Shown piece after piece: positions 24,188 to 38,470 of a stretch of DNA of 64,000 bases (position 1 is the stretch's first letter; each line of letters starts with the position of its first letter). Source of the DNA: the human T2T-CHM13v2.0 reference genome, Homo sapiens. Below the pieces are notes generated by a model, which made no database searches, was not told the DNA's origin, and saw nothing but the letters and a program-made list of their open reading frames with translations. The position numbers were made by a program, and so were the translations under genes. Location: assembly GCF_009914755.1 (NCBI RefSeq), contig NC_060932.1; one strand, given 5' to 3'.

Positions 24188-26473
24188 TGTATTAGTCCAT
24201 TTTCACGCTGCTGATAAAAACATACCCGAGACTGGGCAATTTACAAAAGAAAGAGGTTTAATAGACTTACAGTTCCATCTGGCTGCAGGTGCCTCACAAT
24301 CATGGCAAAAAGCAAGGAGGAACAAGTATTGTCTTACATGGATGGCAAGAGGCAAAGAGAGACAACTTGTGCAGGGAAACTCTCACTTTTTAAAATCATC
24401 AGATCTCATAAGACTTATTCACTATCAGGAGAACAACATGAAAAAGAACCACCCCCATGATTCAATTATCTCCCACTGGGTCCCTTCCACAACACATGGG
24501 AATTATGGGAGCTAAAAGATGAGATTTCGGGGGGGACACAGCCAAACCATATCATTCTGCCCCTGGCCCCTCCCAAATCTCATGTATTCACATTTCAAAG
24601 CCAATCATGCCTTTCCAATAGTCCCCCAAAGTCTTAACTCATTTCAGCATTAACTCAAAAGTCCACAATCCAAACTCTCATCTGAGACAAGTCCCCTCTG
24701 CCTATGAGCCTGTAAAATCAAAAGCAAGTGAGTTACTTCCTAAATACCATGGGAGTACAGGCATTGGGTAAATACAGCTATTCCAAATGGGAAAAATTGG
24801 CCTAAACAAAGGGGCTAGAGGCCCCATGCAAATCCAAAATCCAGTGGGGAAGTCGAATCTTAAAACTCCAAAATGATCTCCTTTGACTCCATGTCTCACA
24901 TAGAGGTCACACTGATGCAAGAGGTGGGTTCCCATGATTTTGGGCAGCTTCACCCCTGTGGTTTAGCAGAGTATAGCCCCCTCCTGGATGTTTGCATGTC
25001 TGCGGCTTTTCCAGGCACATGGTGCAAGTTGTCAGTGGATCTACCATTCTGGGGTCTGGAGGATGGTGGCCCTTTTCTCACAGCTCCACTAGCCAGTGCC
25101 CCAGTAGGGACTCTGTGTGGGGGCTCTGACCCCACTCCTTTCTTCACTGCCCTAACAGAGGCTCTCCATGAGGACCCCACCCCTGCAGCACACTTCTGCC
25201 TGGACATCCAGGCATTTCCATACATTCTCTGAAATCTAGGCGGAGAATCCCAAACCTCAGTTCTTGACTTCTGTGCACCCACAGGCTCAACACCATGTGG
25301 AAGCTTCCGAGGCTTCGTGGGCTTCCTCCCTCTGAAGCAACAGCCCAAGCTGTACCTCGTCCCCTTTCAACCACAGCTAGAGTGGCTGGGATGCAGGGCA
25401 CCAAATCCCTAGGCTGCACACAGCACAGGGACCCTGGGTCTGGCCCATGAAACCATGTTTTCCTCCTAGGCCTCCAAGCCTGTGATGGGAGGTGCTGCCG
25501 TGAAGACTTCTGACATGCCTGAAGACATTTTCCCCATTGTCTTGGGGATTAACATTTAGCTCCTCATTATTTATGCAAATTTCTACAGCCTGCTTCAATT
25601 TCTCCTCAGAAAATGGTATTTTCTTTTCTATCATATTGTCAGGGTGCAAATTTTCAGAACTTTTATGCTGTGCTTCACTTATAAACTGGATTGCCTTTAA
25701 CACCACCCAAGTCACATCTTGAATTCTTTGCTGCTTAGAAATTTCTTCTGCCGGATACCCTAAATCATCTCTCTCGAGTTTAAAGTTCCATAAATCTCTA
25801 GGGCAGGGGAGAAATGCAGCCAGTTTCTTTGCTCAAACGTAACAAGAGTTACTTTTGTTCCCAACAAGTTCCTCATTTCCATCCAAAACTACCTCAGCCA
25901 GGATTTCATTGTTTATATCATTATCAGCATTTTGGTCAAAGTCATTCAACAAATCTCTAGGAAGTTCCAAACTTTCCCACATTTTCCTGTCTTGTTCTAA
26001 GCCCTCCAAACCATTCCAATGTCTGCCTGTTACCCAGTTCCAAAGTTGCTTCCACATTTTTGGGTATCTTTTCAACAGCACCCCACTCTATTGATAACAA
26101 TTTACTATATTAGTCCATTTTCACACCGCTGATAAAAGCATACCTGAGACTGGGTAATTTACAAAAGAAAGAGATTGAATAAACTTATAGTTCCATGTGG
26201 CTGCGGAGGCCTCACAATCATGGCAGAAGCCAAGGAGGAACAAGTCACGTCTTACATGGATAGCAGCAGGCAAAAAGAGAGAACTTGTGCAGGGAAACTC
26301 TCATTTTTAAAATCATCAAATCTCATGAGACTTATTCACTATCACCAGAAGAGCATAGGAAAGATCCACCCCCATGATTCAATTATCTCACACCAGGTCC
26401 CTTCCACAACACATGGGAATTATGAAAGCCACAAGATGAGATGTGTGTGGTGACACAGAGCCAAACCATATCA
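24188..26473 (-). mobile_element. Full-length THE1 (THE1C-like) MaLR provirus: LTR 24188-24554, internal 24555-26105, LTR 26106-26473
   Basis: Two similar LTRs of about 367 bp, a ~1.55-kb THE1-int and a perfect 5-bp TSD gtcca (24183-24187, 26474-26478). Broken minus-strand ORF pieces (WKQLWNWVTGRHWNGLEG...WESLELPRDLLN) match the THE1-int ORF. Confidence 0.96.
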
Positions 26474-26950
26474 GTCCAGATGGAAGGAAGCCATTTGAAC
26501 AGGCATGATGACTAATTATCACAATAATTCTTCCAAGAGCAAGAGTAGGCTTATTTGTTTTTTTGTTGATTTGTCTCTTCGTTTATTTTTCCTGAGACTT
26601 ACCTAGTACGTCATTACTGCTTCCTATTTCTGATACACCAAAATGAAAAATAAAAGCAAAAGAAATATGCAAAAACTTGAGGTAAGGGTGAAGGAATGTA
26701 GAAGCTTCATAAGATTTTTTTAAAAAAACAGAAATCTCACTGCCAAACAAAGCAAGGAAAACTATTTTAAAACAAAACTATATCAGGCAAAACATTTGTG
26801 GTTCCTTTGATGATTATCCAAGGAGAATATCTTATTCTTTCTTGTTTGTGTGGTTTAGGCTCTTTTAATGAACTGATGGTTTTGACTGAATGGAAAATTC
26901 AATTAAGCAAGTGATTCATCTTTCCTTTACAAAAAATCCTGACTGCCCAT

Positions 26951-27077
26951 TGTATTCATCAGGGTTCATCAGAGAAATAGATAGAAAGATAGATTGATAG
27001 ATCAATAGATAGATAGATATCTAATAGATCTATCTATCTATAGATCTTGTTAGTATTCTCTGCCTAGATGGATAGAA

Positions 27078-27125
<48 letters not shown>

Positions 27126-27620
27126 TCATCTATCTATCTATCTATCTATCTACCCATTGATATGGTAAGGGACAGAAAGAAAGATAGACAGATTATGTGG
27201 ATTGGCTGATGTGATTATATGGAGGCTTGAGAAGTACCACAATCTACTGTCTGTAAACTGGAAAGCCAGGAAAGTTGGCGGTATCATTTAGTCCACATCT
27301 TTTCAAAAGCCCTGGAAACCAGGGAATCTAAAGGTATAAATCCAAGTCTGATGACAGGAGAAGATGACATGAGATGTCTCAACTCAAGCAGCCAGGTATG
27401 AAGCAAAAATGGGTTGAAATTTCCCTTCCACTGCCTTTCATTCCATTCAGTCCCTCAACAAATTAGATGCCCGCCACACTGAAAAAGTCAATCTACTTTA
27501 TTGATTTCACTGATTTGAATGTTCATCTAATCTTGAAACACCCTCACAGGCACACTCAGAAGTAATGCTTAATCTGGGCACTCCATGGCCAGCCAAGTTG
27601 ACACCTAAAATTAACCATCA
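26951..27620 (-). mobile_element. MLT2B-like solo LTR (ERVL) with expanded GATA/TCTA tract
   Basis: tgtattcatcagggttcatcagagaaa...gattggctgatgtgattatatggaggc...gaaacaccctcacaggcacactcagaa...ttgacacctaaaattaaccatca. Confidence 0.85.
27078..27152. repeat. Compound tetranucleotide STR [TCTA]11 TTCA [TCTA]6
   Basis: Direct count from the sequence. Confidence 0.95.
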
Positions 27621-29128
27621 AATTAACAGCTAAGCTGTTTGCTTATGTTCACCAAAACTGATAGCCTATTTCGTGATTGTGTATGCTAAGAGTTGCTTGT
27701 AAGAATTCCACTGCAGAATTATTACTTATGGTCATCATTTCTGAATGGGTGAAGCTGAAAGACTTGCATTATTATCCTGAACAGACAAGAAATGGTATGT
27801 GACAGACAAAATAGCTGGCTTTTCTAGGTCTCTGTTAATGAAATAGAAATAAGATCAGTTCTTCTTTTTTCTGGCTCCATGTTTATCTCTTGCAACCAGC
27901 AACTAGCCCTTTTAGATAAGGAGGTTTTCGTTTCAGCATTTACTGAGGCCAGTAAGTGACTCTGTCCTGACATGGATGTTAGGCTTTGTCTGTCCATGGC
28001 TAGAAAACTTAGCAGGTCCATGGTAGAGAAAATAGAATGTGTCCAAGTCAATCTGATGCAGTCTAATTTCTTCTAGCTTCTTTAAGAAACTCTATGTCAT
28101 GATTAACCCTTGGAAAAATATGCAAAGGTATGAATTCACTGAGAGAAATAAGCATTGAACTACTATGAAAGAAAATCTGTGACCATGTCAGCTTCCTTAC
28201 TGTGTGAGAATCACTCTCTTCTTCCCTGTTGGAAATACTGTTCATTACTATTACAGAAATGGATGATTAAAAATATGGTTTTCTTCTTTCTACAGCCCTA
28301 GTATTGCATACAGTACCTGGCACAGAGTATGTCCCAGTAAACATGGTTGTTGAACAATGGTTGACATTGTAAACACTTAGCAATAGAGCTTGTGAAATTA
28401 ATTATATGTCCAGAAATATCTAAAGAGAACAGAAGGTGGGAAGGGTCAAAATTATAACCTGAGTCAAGAAGGAGGGTTGATTTCTCACTGGGGTGAAGGA
28501 ATGCCAGTGATCTCTGCAGATTACCTAAGAACAACAACAAGAACAACGATGAGAACATCTCATATTTGGAATTGTCCTTGTTGGAAATTTAGTAGGTATG
28601 AGGAATAACTGGGACTGCTATTTATTGTGGCCTTGCTAGATGCTGCTGTTGTGCTGTTGCATGGAAATACACATAAGACTGGTGTTTGCAGGTGGCTATT
28701 GGAATAAGCTGATCTATGGCAGTCAAGTCATAGGTGGAGAGAAGCTGTGACCTCCTCTCTAATCTGCTCTTCTCTTGTGGCTGTGACTCCATTCTGATGA
28801 AACAGATGTCCTTGTAAAAGGGTCACATTTCATCTTCTCCTGTCTATCTAAGTCTTTGCTTATATCCTAAATATCAGTGTGATCTTCCATGTTTGTGGTT
28901 TGGTCATCCATTTGGTTTCTGATCCAACCATATTTTTGCTCATTTTTAGAGCATTATATTTAGGACATTTTACATCCATGGCCCACACCAATAGGCCAAC
29001 TGTCATACAGCACACCATGGTTGAGCACAGTTGCCAAAGTAGCACTGACCCAGAGGTCCTAAGACCTGCCCATGTTCTGTAGAAATAAAGATTTACTCCC
29101 CAACCCATCTCTTCTCCCTCCACTTTCA

Positions 29129-29133
<5 letters not shown>

Positions 29134-29185
<52 letters not shown>
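29134..29185. repeat. (AC)26 microsatellite
   Basis: Pure AC run. Confidence 0.97.
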
Positions 29186-29187
<2 letters not shown>

Positions 29188-31154
29188 CATAGCCATAATT
29201 CATGACCTCAAGAATGTGTGTTTTTGTCGGGACTCCCAAATCCCTCAAAAACACCAGACTCTAGAAACATCATTTAATTTTGGCCTCTGACTATCAGCCC
29301 TACTTGTTTCTCCACAGGAAAAGATATCCCCAAGCTCACTATTTAAATTATTGCACCTCATTTCTGGAAGTAATATGGCAATATCTGCAGTCCCTAGTGT
29401 TGTTCACGGTCTTTGTTTTACTTTGTTTCCAAAGCAGACACTTACTATAACAACAATAATAATTAACCAATATTAGCTGGTGCTTTGATGTTTGCTGTCT
29501 GTGAAAAATCAGTGTTTCCACTGAAGTAATTATGTTCTCTTAAAACAATTTCATTTCACAACTAGAAAATCATAGATGCAGAGAGGTGAGGCAATTTGTA
29601 CAAAATCATATGGTCATTCAGTAACAAAATCCACCCTCAGACAAAAATCATCTGCCTCCAAAATTATATTTTTATTATCACAGAGCATCCTGTCTGCTGG
29701 CAGGAACTTCAGCAGAAATCAATTGACCAGCCTCAAATCATGTCAATTATAATTTCAGTGTTTATTTCTGCACTTAGTAATAAAAGGCTGTGAAGCAAGA
29801 GTGGGTATCTCTGTGCAGACCATGTAGAATAAAAAGCAACATCAAACTCACCAAAGAATCCAGACCAGACCACGACTGGACACTTTGTTTAATGACTATC
29901 ACTGACTATCATCAGTTTCTTACTCAGGTGGGATGCACAGATGTGACAGATTGCAATGTGTGTCCTTCAAAATGTTACAAAGAAGTTTGTGGACTAGATA
30001 GTGTATAGTTTTTGACACTCTTCCCCTTTATTGCTGGCTTGTAAACTTATATTTCCACTAAGATGAAACATCCATTTCTCTATGACTCTGCCTCTTCACC
30101 AACCCTTCCCATGTGAAGATACAGTTAACCAAGCCCTTCTTTTTGTTTCTACTCTCCTTTCCATAGATCTGTCTCTAATTAGTGTTTGCCACGTGATGCT
30201 GAAGGCATTTATTTAATCTCTGATTTCTCTTGAAACCATACTTTTTGAAGGTAGGATCCATTCTGATTTAGCCTTCTACTTTTTGACATAAAGTATCGAT
30301 AAACTTGCAGATGTTTGGTATTGATAATTGGGAGGCTAAATTATTCAGACAAGCAAAAACTTTACAATCTGTTCCTCATCCACTATGTCAGCAGAAGTTT
30401 CCCTAAATAAAAAAGTCAGAGCGTTTAGTTATTTGCAGAATTGCCTTCCCTTTTGTTTTACTCTGCCTCAGGCAAATGTTTTAAATAAACACAAATACTC
30501 AAGCATCTCCCTATAAGTCAGTCCCTCTGATAAATGAATATTTAAATAAATTTCTATGACAGGCTGAATAAGGGCCCCCAATGATGTCTATGTCCTAATT
30601 TCTGGAACCTGAGAATGTGTCAGCATATATGGTTAAAAAAAAAAAAAAGAAAAAAAAAAAGACTTTGCAGACGTGACTAAGTTAAGGATCTTGAGAGCAG
30701 ATATAATCCTGATTGTCCTAGTGACCACAGTGTAATCATAAGCGTCCTTCGAAGACAGAGGCAGGAGGGTCAGCGTAAGAGTAAGAGGCCTAAGAATGGA
30801 AGTAATTTAGAGTGACTCAAGGACGGAGCTACAATACAGGGAGTCTCCAGAAGGTGAAAAAGCCGAGGAAACAGATTCTTCACTAAGAGCCTCTAGAACA
30901 AACCAGCCCTGTAAACACCTTGACTTTAGCACACTGATAGGATTTGGCTTTGTGTCCCCACCCAAATCTTATCTCAAACTGTAACCCCCACGTGTCAACA
31001 GAGGGATCTTGTGGGAGGTGACTGGATCATGGGGGCAGTTTTCCCATGCTGTTCTCTTGATAATGAGTTCTCAGGAGATCTGACAGTTTAAAAGTGGCAC
31101 TTTCCCCTTCTCCTTCTCTCTCTCCTGCTGCCCTGTAAGACATTCCTTGCTTCC

Positions 31155-31819
<665 letters not shown>

Positions 31820-32439
31820 CTTCCCCTTTGCCTTCCGCCATGACTGTAAATTTTCTGAGGCCTCCCCAACCATTCAGGACTGTGAGTCAATTAAACCTCT
31901 TTTCTTTACAAATTACCCAGTCTCAGGTATTCTTTATAGCACTGTGAAAATGGTTTAATATACCCACTCAGGCTGATTTTGGATACCCAGAATTTTAAGG
32001 TGATACATTTTTGCCATGTTCAGCCACTAAGTCTGTAGTAATTTGTTCTGCTGTAGTAGTCATAGGAAGTTAATGCACTCCCTTTTCAAAGCACAGTGTT
32101 GTCCCTAATAACATAGTTGAAAAACATGGGATATTGAGAAAAACGAAATGACTCCCTATCTAACATATTAATAGATCCCAGCTCCCTTTCCTTATGTGGA
32201 CACCCTCATTGTGTAAAGGAATGGGGTGGAATTGGGAGGCACCTATGATATTTTATCTTTTAAATATCATGAACTTCTTTCTAACTCAGGTTTGGATGAA
32301 GGCAATGCCTATTTTCTATGATAAAGGGAATAACACGGGTCAACAAGATTTTCACATGTGCACTGGCTAATGTTCTATGTAGTTTTTAAATAGATGGCTA
32401 TTTTTGGTCATCCACAGTACTGATTTTTAAAAGGTAGGG

Positions 32440-32750
32440 GGCTGCGTGCAGTAGCTCACATCTGTAATCCCAGCACTTTGGGAGGCTGAGGTGGGCAGAT
32501 TACCTGAGAGGTCAAGAGTTCAAGACCAGCTTGGCCAAGATGGTGAAACCCTGTCTCTACTAAAAAATACAAAAATTAGCTGGGCGTGGTGGTGGGTGCC
32601 TGTAATTCCAGCTACTAAGGAGGCTGAGGCAGGGAGAATAAGTGCTTGAACCCTGGAGTCAAAGGTTGCAGTGAGCCGAGATGGTGCCACTGTACTCCAG
32701 CCTAGGTCACAGAGAGACAGAGTGAGACTCCATCTATAAAAAAAAAAAAA
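32440..32750 (+). mobile_element. AluSx-like SINE
   Basis: Full dimer with A tail; TSD aaaaggtaggg / aaaagataggg. Confidence 0.92.
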
Positions 32751-33887
32751 AGATAGGGGGCACCACGTCCTAGTAGCCTTAACATTACCCATCCCAGCTT
32801 TCCCAGCACTATCCTTTTCTTTTATTCCACTTCCTTTCCTTTTCCTCGGATTGGATCTCCAGGAGGGGAAGTTGTCAGGGCTCTGTTCACACACTCCACT
32901 TGTTTCAGCGTAGAGAACAAAAGGGCATTGGCAAATTCCACAGACTGTTGGGGAAAAGGACTTTCCTCAGTTCACTCCCGCCCTCGCGATGGTGGTGAGA
33001 ACTATTCCCTGCCAAGCAATTAACATTTCAGACTCATTTTCTCAACTTCATAAAACCTTTCATTTCTGATCTTTTATTTGGGCCATGTTTTACTTTTCAT
33101 AATACATTTTTCATAATTTATCATTCATTTACATTTCAATTAAAGATGCTGGCTGTTTGTAAAAGCTACCCTGATGAAAGAGTGTGAACTAAATTATTGA
33201 AGTTGCTATAATCTGCAGTTCCATTACCACCTCATTTACCCTAATGACACTAGAAAGATTGTTGCCTTCAGAACAGCTCATCCCAGTAGTAGAAATTCCC
33301 TCTGGAGCTCAACACACTGAGGCTACAGATATTTGCATGTGCTGTTGGATACATTAATGAGGCAGTTGCTGGCTGGACCTCACCCTAGGAATCTTCATCC
33401 ATGAGAGTCTCAAATGGATATAAAACTGTTTTCAGAGCCTCCCAAGAAGATGTCCACAGGCTTGAATAATGGACATTTAACAAGAAAGCCATTGGATTTC
33501 CATCACCATAGTATTAATTCCCTGGCCTTCTTTGGCACCCATTTTACACATATTATTTTGCTTTAAGCTGGGGAGAGAGGATGGGCAGAAAGGCGCTAAA
33601 GTATTCTCAGTACCTACTGTGAAATAGTGTTCTTCAGGCTTCTGGATTTCATCCCCCAGGAGTTCTTAAGCTACTGGGAAAAACTGTCATGTAAGCAAAT
33701 AAGTATAATGTAAATTAGAAAAGGGAAGAATGGAAGGAAGAAATATTTATTGAGTTTCTAATATGTTTGATGCAATTTACAAACGTATTTTCTTTCTAAT
33801 ATTTCCCGCCTAACCTTATCCTTTGCACTTTATTAACAACAGATAAAAATATTAGCTAATAATTATTGCAAATGTGTTAAGCATTCA

Positions 33888-34340
33888 TATAGCAGATGCT
33901 GCTGGTGCCCTGCTCATGCCCTTTCATCATGACCTTTTCAGTGTACAAGGACCCTACTTCCAAGGAACAGCATCTGCATTTCTTTGCCTAAGGGATTTCT
34001 TTAGTTGTCAGAGCCCACTTTGCCAACCTTAGTGATAAGCCAAAAGTGCTACCAAATTAATATACAGCTTTCTCATCCAAAGACTAATGGAATGTGGAAT
34101 GTAAATACTCCATTTTCCTCACCTCTCAGCAGGACTAACCCTGCATGTCCTGTACACATGGGGTTTAGCTCCCATTACACAGTGTTAGTTGTCTGATAAG
34201 TCACCTTGTATCGACTTCCTTCCTATACCTGCCTTACCACTCACCTTTAGGTGTTTTGTAGTGTCACCTGTTCAATAAACTATTTGCACTCAAGTCCCAA
34301 TTCCTGGTCTAGTACTGTGGCCCAGATATGCTCTTCTGAA
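33888..34340 (+). mobile_element. LTR16-family solo LTR (ERVL)
   Basis: tatagcagatgctgctggtgccctgctcat...tgtaaatactcca...aataaactatttgcactcaagtcc. Confidence 0.7.
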
Positions 34341-34495
34341 ATCCTTCATAAGAGGCTCAATCCTGCCCCTAAATGCTAACTGGGAATCTGGATTCATGGT
34401 GCCTGGATACATTCAGACAGACTACCTAAGTATTACCTGATTGTATTTCTACTTATTTTACTTTCAAACCTTGTTTATTTTTTACACTTTTAGAA

Positions 34496-34931
34496 TGTGG
34501 TAATGAATTGCATTGTGGCCCCTAAAAGGTATATCTATGCAGAACCTCAGGATTTGACCTTATTTGAAATAAGCGCCTTTGCAGATATAACTTAGGATCT
34601 CAATAAGTGATTACCTTGTATTAGGGCAATAAAATCTAAATTCAGTGATGAATATCCCTGTAAGATGCAGAAAATGGAAGGAAGATCATGTGAAAACAAA
34701 GATGGAGATTAGAGTTATGCTGCCGCATGCCAAAGAACGTGAGTGGCCAGCAGCCAGCAAAATCTAAAGAGATGTGGAACAGATTCTTCCTTAAAGCCTG
34801 CAAAAGGCACCAACTCTGTTGACACCTTGATGTCGGAATTCTGGCATTCAGAATTGTCAAAGAGTAAATTGCTGCTGTTGTTAGCCACAGTTTCTGGTGA
34901 TGCATTGTGGAAGTCCTACAAAACTAATACA
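34496..34931 (+). mobile_element. MLT1C-like solo LTR
   Basis: tgaccttatttgaaataagcgcctttgcagatataa...gacaccttgatgtcggaattctggcattcagaattgt...aaactaataca. Confidence 0.83.
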
Positions 34932-34940
34932 GATGTCACC

Positions 34941-35433
34941 TGTATTTTTCAGGACTCTACAGAGAAACAATCAATAGTATACATATGTGTGTATACTACT
35001 GGACATATATATATCTTCAAATTATTTATTTACTTATTATAGGAATTGGCTTATGTGATCATGGAGGCTGAGTTGTCTCATGATCTGCCATGTGCAAGCT
35101 GAAGACTGCCATGTACAGCCAGTGGTGTAATTCAGTCTGAGCCTGAAGGCCAAAGAACCAGGAGTGCTGATGTTCACAGGCAGGAGAAGTTGGGGGGGCC
35201 AGCTCAGAGCTAGTTAATGCACCCATTCCTGACCCTTTTGTTCTACGCAGACCCTCAACATATTGACTGCTGCCCACACACCACAGTGTGGTACAGCTTC
35301 CTTACTAAGTCTACTGATTTAACTGCTAATGTCATTCAAAAACCACCTCACAAACACACCCAGAAATAATGTTTTACCAGCCATCTAAGCACTCCTTTGC
35401 CCAGGCAAGTAGACACAAAAAAATTAACCATCA
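34941..35433 (-). mobile_element. MLT2D-like LTR (ERVL)
   Basis: aggaattggcttatgtgatcatggaggctgag...cagtggtgtaattcagtctgagcctgaaggcc...cacccagaaataatgttttaccagc...aattaaccatca. Confidence 0.85.
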
Positions 35434-35470
35434 AATCCAGTGACTTCCTATTGGACTGCCTTTTCCCCAC

Positions 35471-35841
35471 TCCTCTACTGTTCCCACACTGCTATAAAAA
35501 CATACCTGAGACTGGGCAATTTCTGGAAAAAAAAAAAAAAAAGAGGTTTAATGGACTCACAGTTCCACATGGCTGGGAAGGCCTCACAGTAATGGCGGAA
35601 GGTGAAGGAGGAGCAAAGGCACATCTTACATGGTGGCAGGCAAGAGAGTGTGTGCAGGGGAACTGCTCTTTATAAAACCATCAGATCTTGTGAGGCTTAT
35701 TCACTATCATGAGAACAGCATGGGTAAAACCTGCTCTGATGATTCAATTACCTCCCAGCGGGTCCCTTCCACAACATGTGGGGATTATGGGAGCTACAAT
35801 TCAAGATGAGATTTGGGTGGGGACACTGGCAAACCATATCA
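35471..35841 (-). mobile_element. THE1D-like solo LTR
   Basis: cacactgctataaaaacatacctgagactggg...tgattcaattacctccc...ctacaattcaagatgagatttgggtggggaca...aaaccatatca; possible TSD cccac. Confidence 0.9.
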
Positions 35842-36444
35842 CCCACTATCCATTTCCATATCAGATCTGTGAGTACACCCCAGTCTCAAATGCCTATGTA
35901 TACAAACTAAAATCATCTCAAGGTAAGGAAGTCCCTGTCCTGGACCACCCTCCACGGACTAAGCTTATTCCATTTTAAAATAATTCCCTGTAGCTTCTTA
36001 CCCCAAGCTTTAATGTTTATGCAGACAGTTACGTTAAGACTTTGGATTTCTGTTTCTTAGTGAGCACTCTCGTTCTCACCTTCTTTCATGGACCTTGGCT
36101 TACATTCATTCAGTTAGTCTTGCCATAACTCCCATCCTTATATTCATTGTCCATTCAAGGCCAAATCCTAGTCCTAGCCTTCCCATTGACAGGGGCCACA
36201 AGGTTTAGAGACCTCCTGCCCATCTTAGTGAAACTTCCTCTTCATTGTCTGTAAGTTGTGTATTACCCAAAATGACTTCCCTCTTTCTATTCTCCACCAG
36301 CCTAATCCAATGGAAAGTGGAATAGCCAAAATACTCAGTATGTCCTGGTATTTAATAAGGTGATTACACAGTATGAAGGCATCGTTGATTAAATACCTGC
36401 TGAATGAAGAAAGTAATAGGTAGCAAGAGAGAGCAAGTTTTTAA

Positions 36445-36766
36445 AGATAGAATTTAAAAATATCTATGTCGAAAACTAAATCACCAATGTAATGGAACTG
36501 GGTAGGGCTTCTAGGAAGTGATTAGCTCACAAGGGTGAACCTCTCATGAATGGAATTAGTGCCCTTATAAAATTGGTCTTAGAGGGCTGCTTTGCCTCTC
36601 TCTGCCCTGTGAGGTTACAGTGAAAAGACAGCCCTCACCAGACATTGAAACTATGGTGCCTCAATCTTGGACATCCCAGCCTCCAGAACTGTGAGAAAAA
36701 AAATTTCATTATTTATAAGCCAACCAGTTTAGTATATTTTGTTATAACATCTTGAACACTACAACA
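36445..36766 (+). mobile_element. MLT1A0-like solo LTR
   Basis: ctcatgaatggaattagtgcccttataaaa...cagccctcaccagaca...ccagcctccagaactgtgaga...tttataagcca. Confidence 0.8.
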
Positions 36767-36844
36767 AGTACTTTCTAGCTTGGCCATGTGCATTCTCTTA
36801 CCCACAATGATGAAGTGGATATTCCTTACTCAGTCTACTGATTT

Positions 36845-37146
<302 letters not shown>

Positions 37147-37869
37147 TACTCAGTCTACTGATTTAACTGCTGATGTCATCCAAAAACTGCCTACAAACAC
37201 ACCTAGAAATAATATTTTAGCCTAACAAGGCTAAAGCTATTATAGTCATTGAAATATGTCCAAAGTAAAATTGAGATAAAAACATATTTACACAAATATA
37301 ATTAATGAATATGTTTAAATATGAGAAGACTGATGCCAAATGTTGCTTATTGTTAACATACGGTTATGTTGTATTGTTTGATTTTTATCAGAAAACATAT
37401 AGCAGAAGATTAATCTTATTGGTGTCTAGAGTGTGTATTCAACACATGTTTATTTTGAGCTCATCTGCCCAGTACAGTGGGTTGTAATTTGTTGATTATT
37501 TTTATGTTACAAAGTTACTAATACCAGTTGTTCATTTTTCTGGATGATCTCAAACACAAAACATGTTATTAATAAAAACAAAAATGTTTTACAATTACAT
37601 ATCCCCTATTCAATAAATTTTAGATTCCTTTAAAAATCACATCACTGTAGTATTTCCCAGGGAGGGAAATTAGTTACTGTTTGTCTTATTGAAAAAGCAA
37701 ACTAAATTCAGATTTTGAACATTGAATATATTATCAGATTGAATAAAAATTCATATACATTGCAATATGGTGAAAACGTCATAGAAGAGTGAAATCAGAA
37801 TGCATTTAGAATAAGTTTCATATAATTTGCTCATGTTCAAGGTAACATAATTTAAGTTCAAAGATATAA

Positions 37870-38470
37870 CAGCTTGGGACCAATCAGGAGACAGACACCA
37901 TGTAGTGGCTTAAATAAGGGAAGATGAAATAAATAATTAGAAAGCTATGATAAAGGAGTAACTATAAGAATAAAAAATAAGTCCATAATATGGTGCTCTC
38001 CAGTTGAGGGAGAGCACCAAGGGGAAAATAATTTGGGGAGGACCCTCTCCAATGCTGGGCTACAGGCCTCATTGCAGCAGGTGCAGTTACATCCCACTGG
38101 ATGACTAAGAAAGACCTTCGTTGCCCAGACCAGTGCATGTTCATGGTTACTGGACAAGGAGCTAGTGGGCAGGTATGGAGAGGAAGAGGGAGCCACAGTG
38201 GACAGAAAACCTAGGGTACTTGTTGTGAGTATTAGCTGAGCTACAGAAGGCAAACTAGTGGGATGGGTGAGCCAAGGGAATTGGGGTATGAGTAGGGATG
38301 AAAGGCCTGAAAGGTATAGTTGCTGAGTTGAGAGGTCCATGGTTAGGTGAATATCAGGCCAGTCTGGGGCTGGGAGGTCACCAAAGGACTGTGTATTAGG
38401 GCACAGGACTGCTACAGAGTGCTATCAGATGCTCTCATACTCACCACTGACCACCCGCAAGAGAAGCCCC
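37870..38470 (-). mobile_element. Ancient LTR fragment (LTR78/79-like), uncertain
   Basis: ggaccaatcaggagacagacaccatgtagtggcttaaataaggg resembles the antisense end of old eutherian LTRs. Confidence 0.35.

Noticed and set aside
24702-26081. Overlapping 80-130 aa ORFs as a gene cluster
   Set aside because: They are frameshifted remnants or antisense frames of THE1-int, not an intact gene.
28860-29183. MDVKCP in a minus-strand ORF suggesting an RPS27/RPS27L pseudogene
   Set aside because: The similarity covers only six codons and the flanks do not follow the RPS27 sequence. The ORF start is just the (TG)n repeat.
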